From Armatimonadota bacterium (GTDB lineage: Bacteria > Armatimonadota > UBA5829 > DTLH01): a DNA stretch of 64,000 bases. Both the position numbers and the translations under genes were made by a program. The DNA lies in contig JBDKSP010000077.1 in NCBI GenBank assembly GCA_039680575.1, positions 29,448 to 93,447 of the forward strand, written 5' to 3'. A model generated the notes under the pieces. That model made no database searches and was not told where the DNA came from. It worked only from the letters and a program-made list of their open reading frames with translations. Positions 49,639 through 59,359 of this stretch are shown piece by piece (the first letter of the stretch is position 1; every line of letters begins with the position of its first letter).

Positions 49639-50097
49639 ATGACGACAGTAGCAAGGCAGGTGGCAGACCTGCAGAACCTATCCCACGAGGAACTCATCGC
49701 TCTTTGGGGGACGCTCTGCGGCGGGAAGCCGCCGGCATACAACCGTGTATACATTATAAAGAGGCTCGCGTACCGCATCCAAGAGATTGCCTACGGCGGA
49801 CTCTCGGAGGAGGCGCATCAGAAGATGGACGAAGTGCTCGCGCGCCACGGCTACGATGAGAACGGCGTGCCCATGCGCAAGCCCGGTCGGAGGATCGGGA
49901 GCGCCAAACCCATGCCGGTGATAGGGAGTAGGTTCGTCCGAGAGTGGAACGGCAGACGCTACGAGGTGACGGCTCTTATAGATGGGTTCGAGTTCAACGG
50001 TCGGAAGTACAAATCACTGTCGGCGGTCGCGAAAGTTATAACGGGCACGCACTGGAATGGCCGCGCCTTCTTCGGGCTTAACGGGAGGGACAGGTAG
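49639..50097 (+). CDS. DUF2924 domain protein
   Basis: LAYRIQE.AYGGL, REWNG, YKSLSAVA..ITGTHWNG..FFGL. Confidence 0.9.
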   Translation: MTTVARQVADLQNLSHEELIALWGTLCGGKPPAYNRVYIIKRLAYRIQEIAYGGLSEEAHQKMDEVLARHGYDENGVPMRKPGRRIGSAKPMPVIGSRFVREWNGRRYEVTALIDGFEFNGRKYKSLSAVAKVITGTHWNGRAFFGLNGRDR

Positions 50098-51635
50098 TGG
50101 AGAATACCAGCGTGCGTTGCGCGATCTACACAAGGAAGTCCACCGAGAAGGGTCTCGAACAGGAGTTCAACTCGCTTCACGCCCAGAGGGAGGCCTGTGA
50201 GGCATACATCGCAAGCCAGCGCCACGAGGGCTGGCTTGGACTCTCCGATCACTACGACGACCCAGGCTTCTCCGGCGGGAGCATGGAGCGCCCGGGGCTA
50301 AAGAAGCTCATGCGGGACATCGAGCGGGGGAAGGTGGACTGCGTGGTCTTCTACAAGCTCGATAGACTCTCGCGGTCTCTTATGGACTTCGTGAAGCTCG
50401 CGGAGTTCTTCGATACTCACAACGTGACGTTCGTTTCGATCACTCAGCAGTTCTCGAGCACGACAGCGATGGGCCGGCTCACGCTGAACATCCTCCTTTC
50501 GTTTGCGGAGTTCGAGCGAGCCATAACGACCGAAAGGGTCAGGGACAAGATTGCCGCTGCAAAGAAGAAAGGCAGATACCTTGGCGGTACCCCGGCTTAC
50601 GGTTATAACGTCGACTACTCCGCAGGCAAGCTTGTTGTAAACCCAGAGGAGGCGAAGATTGTACGGCGCATCTTCAAGCGCTTCATCGAGAACGGCTCCT
50701 GTCTCGGTATAGCTAAGGAACTGAACGCCGAGGGCATAACGACCAAGACCTGGACCACGAAGAACGGCTCGTTCCACCAGGGCGGGGACTGGAGCACACA
50801 GCACGTCTACCGCGTCCTCAATAACCGGACCTACATTGGCGAGACCGTGCACAACGGTGAATCCTATCCTGGACTACATGAGGCGATAGTATCGAGGCAG
50901 GTCTGGGATAAGGTCCAGCGCATATTTGCCGACGGCACCGCGAGAAAGAGGAATCAGGAGACCCACGAGGTCAAGGCACTGCTGCGGGGCATCATCCGCT
51001 GCGGCCACTGCGGGAGATCCATGATCTGCTCCTATACCAAGGCCAAGAACAAGATCTACAGGTACTATATCTGCAATGGCGCGATGCGCTTTGGCTACGC
51101 CTCCTGCCAGGTCAAAAGTGTGCCGGCAGGTGAGGTGGAGAAGGCCGTGTTAGGTCAGCTTCGGGCGCTCCTCTCATCGCCGGAGGTGATCGCCGAGACT
51201 TTCCGGGCGGCGAAGGAACTGGAAGCCCGGGAGATAGAGGCGCTCGGCGAAGAAAAGTCTGCGCTTGAGATGCGCATAGTGGAGCTTAGGGCTTCCGCAA
51301 GCAATCTTGTCGCCTACGATGACAACGGGACCGCCGAGCAGTATGCGGAATTGAATGATGCGATACGACAGGCACGGCGGCAGCTATCGGACGTGGAGTC
51401 GCGGATAACTAGTGTCCGGGATAGGGTGTTCAGTGAGCAGGACGTCGCCGGCGCTCTCCGCAAGCTCGGCCCGGTTTGGGATGAGCTCTTCCCAAACGAG
51501 CAGCACCGCATCTTCCGAGCACTGGTGGAGTGCGTCACCGTCTCATCAAACGGCCTCGACATACGCCTCCGGGCGGACGGCATCCACTCAGTGGTGGCCG
51601 AATTGAGAGACGATGAAAAGGCAGTAGCTGTATGA
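50097..51635 (+). CDS. Large serine recombinase (integrase)
   Basis: CAIYTRKST, DRLSR, recombinase domain, CGHCG...C...C Zn ribbon, coiled coil. Confidence 0.93.
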   Translation: MENTSVRCAIYTRKSTEKGLEQEFNSLHAQREACEAYIASQRHEGWLGLSDHYDDPGFSGGSMERPGLKKLMRDIERGKVDCVVFYKLDRLSRSLMDFVKLAEFFDTHNVTFVSITQQFSSTTAMGRLTLNILLSFAEFERAITTERVRDKIAAAKKKGRYLGGTPAYGYNVDYSAGKLVVNPEEAKIVRRIFKRFIENGSCLGIAKELNAEGITTKTWTTKNGSFHQGGDWSTQHVYRVLNNRTYIGETVHNGESYPGLHEAIVSRQVWDKVQRIFADGTARKRNQETHEVKALLRGIIRCGHCGRSMICSYTKAKNKIYRYYICNGAMRFGYASCQVKSVPAGEVEKAVLGQLRALLSSPEVIAETFRAAKELEAREIEALGEEKSALEMRIVELRASASNLVAYDDNGTAEQYAELNDAIRQARRQLSDVESRITSVRDRVFSEQDVAGALRKLGPVWDELFPNEQHRIFRALVECVTVSSNGLDIRLRADGIHSVVAELRDDEKAVAV

Positions 51636-52057
51636 GTAGAGTAAGTTTGGTGGAGAACGATGAGGGAGTCAGGGTCCACGTCCCGATGACATTCAGAAAG
51701 CGCTCTGGCCGCAAGGAAATAGTGGTGTCGGGCGGCTTGGAGAACGCAGAGGACAACGGTCCCGACTATCACGAAGCCATGGTTATCGCCATATCCCGCG
51801 CACATCGCTGGAAGAAGCTGCTGGACGAGGGCAGGTACGACTCGATAGCCGAACTGGCGCAGGCGGTCAAGGTGAACCGCCACTATCTGGCGCGACTGCT
51901 CCAGCTTACGCTGCTTGCACCGGATATTGTGGAAGCCATTCTGGACGGTGACGAGGCAGACGGACTATCGCTCGAGACACTGCGGAGGCCAATGCCTATG
52001 CTGTGGGAGGCGCAGGAAATGTCGCTTGGTTCTGGCAATGGGAAATTGGCTAAGTGA
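51632..52057 (+). CDS. Recombinase-associated HTH protein
   Basis: RAHRW..LL..G...SIAELA...LAPDIVEAIL.G pattern. Confidence 0.75.
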   Translation: MSRVSLVENDEGVRVHVPMTFRKRSGRKEIVVSGGLENAEDNGPDYHEAMVIAISRAHRWKKLLDEGRYDSIAELAQAVKVNRHYLARLLQLTLLAPDIVEAILDGDEADGLSLETLRRPMPMLWEAQEMSLGSGNGKLAK

Positions 52058-54146
52058 TAGAACGGCGCTGGATCACACCATCGATATCAAGGCATACTTG
52101 CCCGTTATCCCTATACACATAATTGCTGACTATCCGAATGTCGCTGTCCCATCGAGACCCAAGATGATCGCGAAGCTTCTGAATCTTCTGCTGGTCATCT
52201 GCTCTCTTCCTATTGATGTCCTGCTCTATGGTGACGCCCCAAATCCAGACCTCTACGGACTTATCCTTCTTGCGTATGAAAGAAACAACATCATATTCGT
52301 TTTCTACTGAGCCATCGTCCTTTAGGACCTTCAGATTTGGCAAAGTAATGCCAAACACCACCTGGTTCGCGGGGCTATGAAGAGCTTCCAGGAACGTGTA
52401 TACCTCAAGTAGGCGTGCGGCTGTGTCGGCATCCACTCCGTTCAGGACTTCTGCAAGCACGTCCTGCTGTACTCTGTCGATCAAATCCTTGGTGCTCTTG
52501 GTCTGCTTCTTGCCGAAATACATCGGCTGCCAGAGGAGCATATGGAACCAAAGGCTCTCTGCCGCCATATTCTGCGAGATGCCGATCTTCTTGCGTACGT
52601 CTTCGTTAGCGGTGAGCGCTGCATGCATAAGTGCAAGCTGGATGTCCATCGGGTCGTTTAGTGGACTATCATATCCGAGAACACTCACGCTTACGACGCC
52701 TAGATCGGCGTCTGGAGACGCAGTGCCTCTCTTCTTGACTATGCCAGCAGCACCCTTCAGCAAGTCTGTGGCCGACTGAGAATAGTCAGCCAGTGACTTC
52801 GGGTATTCCGAAAGTCCGTGCTTGATGGGCTTGCCGATTATGCCTTCGAACACCAAGCTTATCACGTGGTTCGGATTAATGGCGGGATATCTGTTCTCGA
52901 TCAGCTTATCGCACGTGACCGCAAAGTCGTACGAAGAGGGTCGCTCAACCAGGCTTCGGTGGCACACCGATACTGCCAATGAATTGGCCTTCGAGAGCTT
53001 GTGACAGAAGACTCTCGACTTGAACGGTGCATGCAGATAGTTGGCGGATTTCTTGAGGAGAAATTCCATCTCGATTTCGGCCGCCGTGCGCTGTTTATCC
53101 ACTGAGGCAGCAACCTCCCAAGTTGACCATCCGGTTCGAAGCTCGGACTGGAAAACCTCTTTGCCAAACTTGTTGCGGTACATGGTCTCAAACAAATCAT
53201 CTTCCGATAGAGCCGTGCCAGCGTCGATCCCGAATAGCTCCTCCAAACCAAGCTTTCGCTTCGTCATAAGATCGGCAACCACGCGTTGGTAGAGAGCTAC
53301 AGCAGTTTGCGTCTCTAGCTTCGAGTAGAGAGAGTCGATCAGGTAGTCATTTAGGACATTGACCAGGCTCCAGTCCCTTGCGAATTCCACATCCGCCAAC
53401 AGGCCATCTACATCAAGCTGAATACTAACGGTTCCTGAGAATGCGAGGTCGCGCACGACTGAGTCCAGTGTGTTCAGCTTGCGCACCATGCCGCCCCATT
53501 CACAGCCTGGGCAAATCATGATCTTGAAAGCTTCCGCTTCAGCAAAACCCGGATCTGCGCCGCCAGCACGTTGTCCAGTCAGAATGCCCATAAGGACGCG
53601 ATTCTGAGTCAATTTGAGCGCAGCGACCCACCGGTGCAACTGCCTCCATCTATTCCTGTCGATCAGCGTGTCAAGCCAGTCTATAGCTTCGGTTTTTCCC
53701 GCGTCCTTGCCATCGCAGTTCCGTCCACAGGTGGAACAAGCGACTATTCTGTCTGCCACCGGCAACAGAAAGTCCCGCAGAACCAACCTGAACTCCTGGT
53801 CTACCTGGGCAGCCAACAACACCGCTTTCTCAGTGTCGTACGAGAAGACTGCATGGCCAGTCTGACCGAAACACAGACGTGGCCAGAACGACCAGAGAAA
53901 ATCCCGAGGAAAACCATCGCCGCCTGTCATTCCGCGCAGCTTCTCGAAAAGGCGGAACAGGCCTATCTGGTGGTGGTAGCGTGTGTGGAATGCGATGTCT
54001 GTAATGTGGGATGTTATTCCGAGGATCCTGAGCTGTTTGAGTCTATCGAATTGTGGTTGCGCCGATTCATAGAGCGCCTTCGACTGATTGCGCAACACCA
54101 CTTCACAGGCGAACGAAGGGTCTATGAATCGGACGTCTTTGGCCAC
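52050..54146 (-). CDS. Degenerate HD/dNTPase-like protein with possible C-terminal nuclease-like domain
   Basis: PQFDRLKQLRILG, HTRYHH, GQTGHAVFSY (for HDIGHGPFSH), LD..VRD; C-terminal NEYDVV; coupled to hsdS. Confidence 0.6.
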   Translation of the reverse strand: MAKDVRFIDPSFACEVVLRNQSKALYESAQPQFDRLKQLRILGITSHITDIAFHTRYHHQIGLFRLFEKLRGMTGGDGFPRDFLWSFWPRLCFGQTGHAVFSYDTEKAVLLAAQVDQEFRLVLRDFLLPVADRIVACSTCGRNCDGKDAGKTEAIDWLDTLIDRNRWRQLHRWVAALKLTQNRVLMGILTGQRAGGADPGFAEAEAFKIMICPGCEWGGMVRKLNTLDSVVRDLAFSGTVSIQLDVDGLLADVEFARDWSLVNVLNDYLIDSLYSKLETQTAVALYQRVVADLMTKRKLGLEELFGIDAGTALSEDDLFETMYRNKFGKEVFQSELRTGWSTWEVAASVDKQRTAAEIEMEFLLKKSANYLHAPFKSRVFCHKLSKANSLAVSVCHRSLVERPSSYDFAVTCDKLIENRYPAINPNHVISLVFEGIIGKPIKHGLSEYPKSLADYSQSATDLLKGAAGIVKKRGTASPDADLGVVSVSVLGYDSPLNDPMDIQLALMHAALTANEDVRKKIGISQNMAAESLWFHMLLWQPMYFGKKQTKSTKDLIDRVQQDVLAEVLNGVDADTAARLLEVYTFLEALHSPANQVVFGITLPNLKVLKDDGSVENEYDVVSFIRKKDKSVEVWIWGVTIEQDINRKRADDQQKIQKLRDHLGSRWDSDIRIVSNYVYRDNGQVCLDIDGVIQRRSIT

Positions 54147-55291
54147 TAGAGTTCGCCTCTTAACGCCCGGTCGAGGATTGCGGGGACCAACGCGTCCAGT
54201 TCGGCGGTAGTCTCAGACTGCAGCAGCTTCAGCGCGTCCACCTCGTGACATATCTTGTCAAACCAGAGTTGCTGTTCATAAGATGGGACTGGAATCATGA
54301 TCTGGAGCAGACCTTTTGCACTCAGTGTGCGATTGCGGTCGGCGCTGCCCGGCGAAGCCTGCCCAACTTCATACAGGCCTTCAGTCGTCAGCAGATGAAA
54401 GCAGATGAATCGAGCAGTGGCCACCGACGGTTTTGGCACGCAGGTCAGATAGCGATGGGAGCCGACGCGTCCGTCGTCATTGTCTGACGCGACGGCAATG
54501 GCACCTTCCCAGGCCTTGATGTTGCTGATCAGAATGTCTCCCGCTTCGACCCTAAATGGTTTCTGCCAAGTCACTGCGCCGCCCTGGAGGGGGGGCTTGT
54601 GGAATGTGCCCCTGCCGAAAGAGCGAACGGCGATTTGCGGGTATTCCTTCTCGGGGTCGACGGCGACCGGGCGCCTGATCAGCGGAGCCACGTGGCCCAA
54701 AGGTTGGCGTGGGGCATTCTCGGCGATGCGTCGATAGGCTCCCGCCAGGAGGATTTCCTGTTCCGCCTCGACCTCGTCCCGGATTCTCGCAGCTTCCTCA
54801 ATCTTTGCGGACAACTCTTCCATTCGTGCCACTATCCGCCGCTGCTCCGCCAGTGGAGGCAGGGGGATTTCGTAGCCGAGAACGTCGGAAGGGCGTATCG
54901 CGGCGTAGTTCGTAGAGCCTTGTGCAGCTACTTGTTCCCTAAACGCGGGAGTCTTGATGAACCAGTGCAGGAAGCGCAGATCGAGAGCGTGTTCGTTCAC
55001 GACGAAGAGGAAGTAGTGACCGCTTACCGCGGCGGCGTCCAACTCCGGGGGGACAACCCCAAAGCCGCCGACTTTTGCGTCAATCTCCGCAACAAGGAAC
55101 TCGCCAGCGCGACAGACCTGCTGCTTCTTTGTCTTGATCTGTGCACCATGCACCCTGTCGCGCAGCACTATCCCCTGCGCGTGGAGTTGAACCCGTGGCC
55201 GCTGGTAGGTCTGGAGGTCGTCGATAATGATGAACTCCTTACGGTGACGCAGCACCTCCCCCAACCGCACTTTGGGCCAATTCGTGGTCAT
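54146..55291 (-). CDS. hsdS: Type I R-M specificity subunit
   Basis: Two TRDs with IPLPPLAEQRRIV and IPVPSYEQQ conserved regions. Confidence 0.92.
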   Translation of the reverse strand: MTTNWPKVRLGEVLRHRKEFIIIDDLQTYQRPRVQLHAQGIVLRDRVHGAQIKTKKQQVCRAGEFLVAEIDAKVGGFGVVPPELDAAAVSGHYFLFVVNEHALDLRFLHWFIKTPAFREQVAAQGSTNYAAIRPSDVLGYEIPLPPLAEQRRIVARMEELSAKIEEAARIRDEVEAEQEILLAGAYRRIAENAPRQPLGHVAPLIRRPVAVDPEKEYPQIAVRSFGRGTFHKPPLQGGAVTWQKPFRVEAGDILISNIKAWEGAIAVASDNDDGRVGSHRYLTCVPKPSVATARFICFHLLTTEGLYEVGQASPGSADRNRTLSAKGLLQIMIPVPSYEQQLWFDKICHEVDALKLLQSETTAELDALVPAILDRALRGEL

Positions 55292-56823
55292 ATAGCTTCA
55301 CCCAAGACCCTTTTGATTTCCGCCACGATGCCCGCTATCCGCTGTTCCTTCTGGAGGATGCTGTCGGCGAGTTGCTCAGGCGGTAGGTGCTCAATATCTT
55401 CCTTGGCGTGCGGGTTCTGGCGGTCGAGGTTGCAGCCATTGGCAAGGAGTTCGGCGGCGGACACTTTCCACGCGTGGTCGTTCTCCTCACGGTTGGCATA
55501 CCAGCTCAGGCAGTCGGCGAACTCCTCGTACTGCATCGATTGAGTTTTGGTGTAGTTCTTACGGCCTCGCGGGAGTGGCTGTTCGTAGTACCATACGTCT
55601 TGCGTCGGACCGGAGCAGTCGAAGAAAAGGAGATTCGTGGGGATGCCGGTATAGGGCGCGAAGACCCCGTTGGGCAGCCGAACTATGGTGTGCAGGTTGA
55701 ACTCCTTCAGAAGGTCTTCCTTGACGCGGACACACACACCGTCGCCAAACAGGACGCCATTCGGTACAACAACTGCCGCTCGCCCTGGCCGTGGAACTCG
55801 GTGGAGCTTGCGCATGATCAGCTGGAGGAATAGCAGTGCAGTATCAGAGGTCTGTCTATCTTCCGGAAAGTTGCCGAGTATGCCGCGTTCCTCTTCACCG
55901 CCGAAAGGTGGATTTGTGAGTATCACGTCGACTCGTTGCCGTTCTCCAATCTCCCTCAGCGGGAATCTCAGGCTATTCCCTGGATCAATCTTGGGATACT
56001 CGAGCCCGTGGAGCAGTAAGTTCATCTGCGCAAGAAGGTATGGTAATGGCTTGGCCTCTCCGCCATAAATGCTCTGTCTTTGGAGCACTTCATGGTCCTC
56101 AACTGTCGTGACTTGGGCTTCAAGATGAGTATAGGCCTCCACGAGGAACCCACCGGTTCCGCATGCCGGGTCGAGAACTGTCTCGCCCAACTGCGGATCT
56201 AACGCAGTCACCATAAAACGCACGACGGCTCTGGGAGTGTAGAACTCACCGGAGTCCCCGGCCGCGTCGCGCATATCCTTCAAGAGCGATTCGTAGAGAT
56301 GACTGAGCGTATGCACTTCCTCACTAGAGGTGAAGTGGATACCATTCACTTTGTTGATTACATCGCGCAGAAGATAGCCGCTAACCATGCGGTTGACAAC
56401 ACCATTGAAAACGGTCGCAATGACATCGCGTCTGTCGCCGCCGTTTTCGCCTTGCAGCGCACGCAAGTAAGCGAATAATCCAGGGCCACGATTACCGTCG
56501 GGTCTAACGGCTTCGTCGTTATTGATGAATGCAATTAGTTCTTCGCCGGTAATCCCGTCGTCTTGCTCTGCCCAATCCCGCCAGCGATAAGGAGGTTCTA
56601 TAGCCGGTCTAAAGCGCTCGCCTGAAAGGTCGGCCTCCTCCTCGCGCACGCGTTCCATGTCATCCAGGAACTTCAGGAACATGATCCATGTCAGTATCGG
56701 CAGCCGGTCGATGTCGCCGTTGAGTCCCTTATCCTTGCGCATGATGTCTCGTGATGTCTTTACTATACTACTCAGCTGTTGCGCGGTTGTCTGAGGCTGA
56801 GACGTCTTCCTTGTTCTTGCCAT
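55288..56823 (-). CDS. hsdM: Type I R-M methyltransferase subunit
   Basis: GEFYTPR, DPACGTGGF, NPPF. Confidence 0.96.
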   Translation of the reverse strand: MARTRKTSQPQTTAQQLSSIVKTSRDIMRKDKGLNGDIDRLPILTWIMFLKFLDDMERVREEEADLSGERFRPAIEPPYRWRDWAEQDDGITGEELIAFINNDEAVRPDGNRGPGLFAYLRALQGENGGDRRDVIATVFNGVVNRMVSGYLLRDVINKVNGIHFTSSEEVHTLSHLYESLLKDMRDAAGDSGEFYTPRAVVRFMVTALDPQLGETVLDPACGTGGFLVEAYTHLEAQVTTVEDHEVLQRQSIYGGEAKPLPYLLAQMNLLLHGLEYPKIDPGNSLRFPLREIGERQRVDVILTNPPFGGEEERGILGNFPEDRQTSDTALLFLQLIMRKLHRVPRPGRAAVVVPNGVLFGDGVCVRVKEDLLKEFNLHTIVRLPNGVFAPYTGIPTNLLFFDCSGPTQDVWYYEQPLPRGRKNYTKTQSMQYEEFADCLSWYANREENDHAWKVSAAELLANGCNLDRQNPHAKEDIEHLPPEQLADSILQKEQRIAGIVAEIKRVLGEAI

Positions 56824-56832
56824 TGATACTCC

Positions 56833-59202
56833 CTAAGCGGCATATAGCAGCTCTTGCATGCGATTAACAGCTTGCCGCAAGTTCGCGGCCCCGCCGAAGA
56901 ACGCCGCTATTTCACTAACATTTCCATAGCCAGAGATCGGAGGGACTTTGAGAACGTCCGGAAGCGCGAACTGGGTTGTCCCGTGCGTCGCGTACTTCTC
57001 CAGGAGCGCTTCAAGAACTGACCGAGCTTCCGGAGCATATTGCTCAAAGAAATCCTTAGTATCCTTGCGCAGCCTGTCTGCCCGTTCCCTCCGTGTCCTG
57101 AGCGGGGCATTAAACGCCACGTGACACAGCAGATCAAAAGGATCCGACTCTGGATTGTTTGTCGCGGCGGCCAGCGTATCAAAATCAATGCCGCGCTCAC
57201 TAAGCATCTTCACTATTTCTGCTCGACTACTAGGATCACGCCATTGCGCCCGCAGCTCAGACGCAGACCGGTACATGGTACGCACTTTATCCGCTGTGTA
57301 ACGACTATACTGAACGACGCTCAATTGCGTTCCATCTGGCGCAAGCTCGTAGACTAGGTGAGCGGCAATGGTGATATGCCCGCCATCTACATATAGTTTG
57401 CGAGGCTGATCTGGACCGTCACCGATATCGGGCGGCAGTGGATCCGAAATCACTTCGCCATCCCCGCTATCAGGTTCTTCTGGGTCGACAACCACTGGCT
57501 CATCAACCGTATTACCTTCGTCGTCGATTTGCTGTTCTGTGCTAATCGCAGGATCACCATCGAAGGCAGGATCCGCGAACAGACGGGTGCTCTGTGTGTA
57601 ATCGAGAATGGTGAAGAACAGTTTGTTGTAGTCTTCCCTGACTCTGGTGCCACGACCTATGATCTGTTTGAACTCGGTGAGGGAGTTTACAACACGGGCT
57701 AGAACGACAACCTTGCACGTTGGTGCGTCAATCCCAGTTGTCAGCATCTGCGAAGTAGTCAGTATGGTTGGAGTTGTGGTCTCTATTTCCTGGAAACGCC
57801 CCAGATGCCCTCTACCTATATCGCCTTCGACTGCTGTAACGCGGCAGACGTAGTCGGGATGGTTCTGTACCAGATCAGTATTCAAGTTCGCCAATGCCCG
57901 GCGCATCTCGTCGGCATGTTCCTGATCCACGCAAAAGACAATCGTCTTTGCGAACCGATCAGTCGACTTGAGGAAATCAGTTATGTGTTTCGCGATGGCT
58001 TCAGTGCGCACTTTGAGCGCAACAACACGTTCGAAATCGTTAGTCTGATATTCCTCGTCGGGTATCTCTCGACCATATCTATCGATCTCCCCCTGACTGG
58101 GTCGCCATCCGGCTGCATCGAAAGTAGTGATAACACGATGCACTCGGTAAGGCGCAAGAAATCCGTCATCTATCCCTTGGCGGAGGCTGTACTGATAGAT
58201 GGGATCACCAAAGTAAGAGTATGTATCCCTAGTTTCATCCCGCAGCGGTGTCGCCGTCATGCCTAACTGGTAGGCCGGTTCGAAATACTCCAATATCTCT
58301 CGCCAGTTGCTGTCATCGCGTGCACTACCACGGTGGCACTCATCAACGACGATTAGGTCGAAAAAGTCCCTAGGGTACTCACGGAAAAGCCCAACCCTGT
58401 TCTGGTCTTCGGCAAGTGATTGATAGAGAGCGAAGTAAATCTCGCGGCTCTTGACCACTTCGCCACTTTCAATCTTGAACCTGGCCTCACCGAACGGAGC
58501 AAATGTCTTGTCCTTTGGGTCATCGACCAAAACGTGCCGATCTGCCAAAAAGAGAATCTTCGGTCGACGATGCTCGCCCGTTCTGTTCCATCGTGCATTC
58601 CAAAGCTTCCAGCACACCTGAAAAGCCACAACCGTCTTGCCTGTTCCAGTGGCCATGGTCAAGAGAATGCGTGGCTGACCTTTGAGAACCGCCTCGATTG
58701 AGCGGTTTATGGCGATTTCCTGGTAGTAACGAGGCGTCTTGTCCGATAGATGATGGGCAGGGGTAAGCAGCTTCGAAGCTGCATTCTCGGCCAGACCACA
58801 GTGAGTTCGGTATCTGGCCCAAAGGTCACTCGGGGATGGGAACTCAGTAAGAACCGTCTCAACACCGCTGGTGTAGTCGAATTCGATTATCTCTTGACCG
58901 TTGGTGGCATAGGCGTACGGAAGCCCCAGGATTTCAGCATAGTCTTTGGCCTGCTGCAATCCGTCTCCTGCAGTCTTGTATGCCGCTTTAGCCTCAATCA
59001 CAGCAAGGGAGAAGTCACGCGTATAGCGTAGTATGAAGTCTGCCCTTTTCTGAGGACGCCGACGGACCTTGTCACCAGTGACGACAATTCTCCCGTCAGT
59101 GAAAGTCCTCTGCTCCGTGAATGAGTGAGGCTCCGTGTCCCACCCGGCAGCTACAAGCCTTGGTATAACTAGTTTTCTACAAGTGTCAGCTTCGTTGGTC
59201 AA
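56833..59202 (-). CDS. hsdR: Type I R-M restriction subunit (EcoAI/EcoEI-like)
   Basis: NEADTC, D...IEAK, ATGTGKT, DECHR, TATP, QIIGRGTR. Confidence 0.95.
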   Translation of the reverse strand: MTNEADTCRKLVIPRLVAAGWDTEPHSFTEQRTFTDGRIVVTGDKVRRRPQKRADFILRYTRDFSLAVIEAKAAYKTAGDGLQQAKDYAEILGLPYAYATNGQEIIEFDYTSGVETVLTEFPSPSDLWARYRTHCGLAENAASKLLTPAHHLSDKTPRYYQEIAINRSIEAVLKGQPRILLTMATGTGKTVVAFQVCWKLWNARWNRTGEHRRPKILFLADRHVLVDDPKDKTFAPFGEARFKIESGEVVKSREIYFALYQSLAEDQNRVGLFREYPRDFFDLIVVDECHRGSARDDSNWREILEYFEPAYQLGMTATPLRDETRDTYSYFGDPIYQYSLRQGIDDGFLAPYRVHRVITTFDAAGWRPSQGEIDRYGREIPDEEYQTNDFERVVALKVRTEAIAKHITDFLKSTDRFAKTIVFCVDQEHADEMRRALANLNTDLVQNHPDYVCRVTAVEGDIGRGHLGRFQEIETTTPTILTTSQMLTTGIDAPTCKVVVLARVVNSLTEFKQIIGRGTRVREDYNKLFFTILDYTQSTRLFADPAFDGDPAISTEQQIDDEGNTVDEPVVVDPEEPDSGDGEVISDPLPPDIGDGPDQPRKLYVDGGHITIAAHLVYELAPDGTQLSVVQYSRYTADKVRTMYRSASELRAQWRDPSSRAEIVKMLSERGIDFDTLAAATNNPESDPFDLLCHVAFNAPLRTRRERADRLRKDTKDFFEQYAPEARSVLEALLEKYATHGTTQFALPDVLKVPPISGYGNVSEIAAFFGGAANLRQAVNRMQELLYAA

Positions 59203-59359
59203 TTGTAATCGTCCCTGAGCTTGGTTGCTCCAGTCATTATACTACAAAGCTATGGTGTTTCTCCATTTGCGGTTCAGTGGGAAAATGGCAGCCTTGTGCT
59301 CGGCACGGCTATAGATACAAGACAGCGTTGGTTTGGAAAGCTCTGTCCGTGTGATTGTG

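Larger units (their letters stand above)
1..52057. mobile_element. Prophage with contractile tail (left part extends beyond the window; right boundary approximate, near the serine recombinase module)
   Basis: Contiguous tail sheath/tube/tape measure, capsid, portal, terminase, primase, sigma factor and large serine recombinase genes; att sites not identified. Confidence 0.9.

Noticed and set aside
54599..55543. 314-aa plus-strand ORF
   Set aside because: Antisense to hsdS/hsdM
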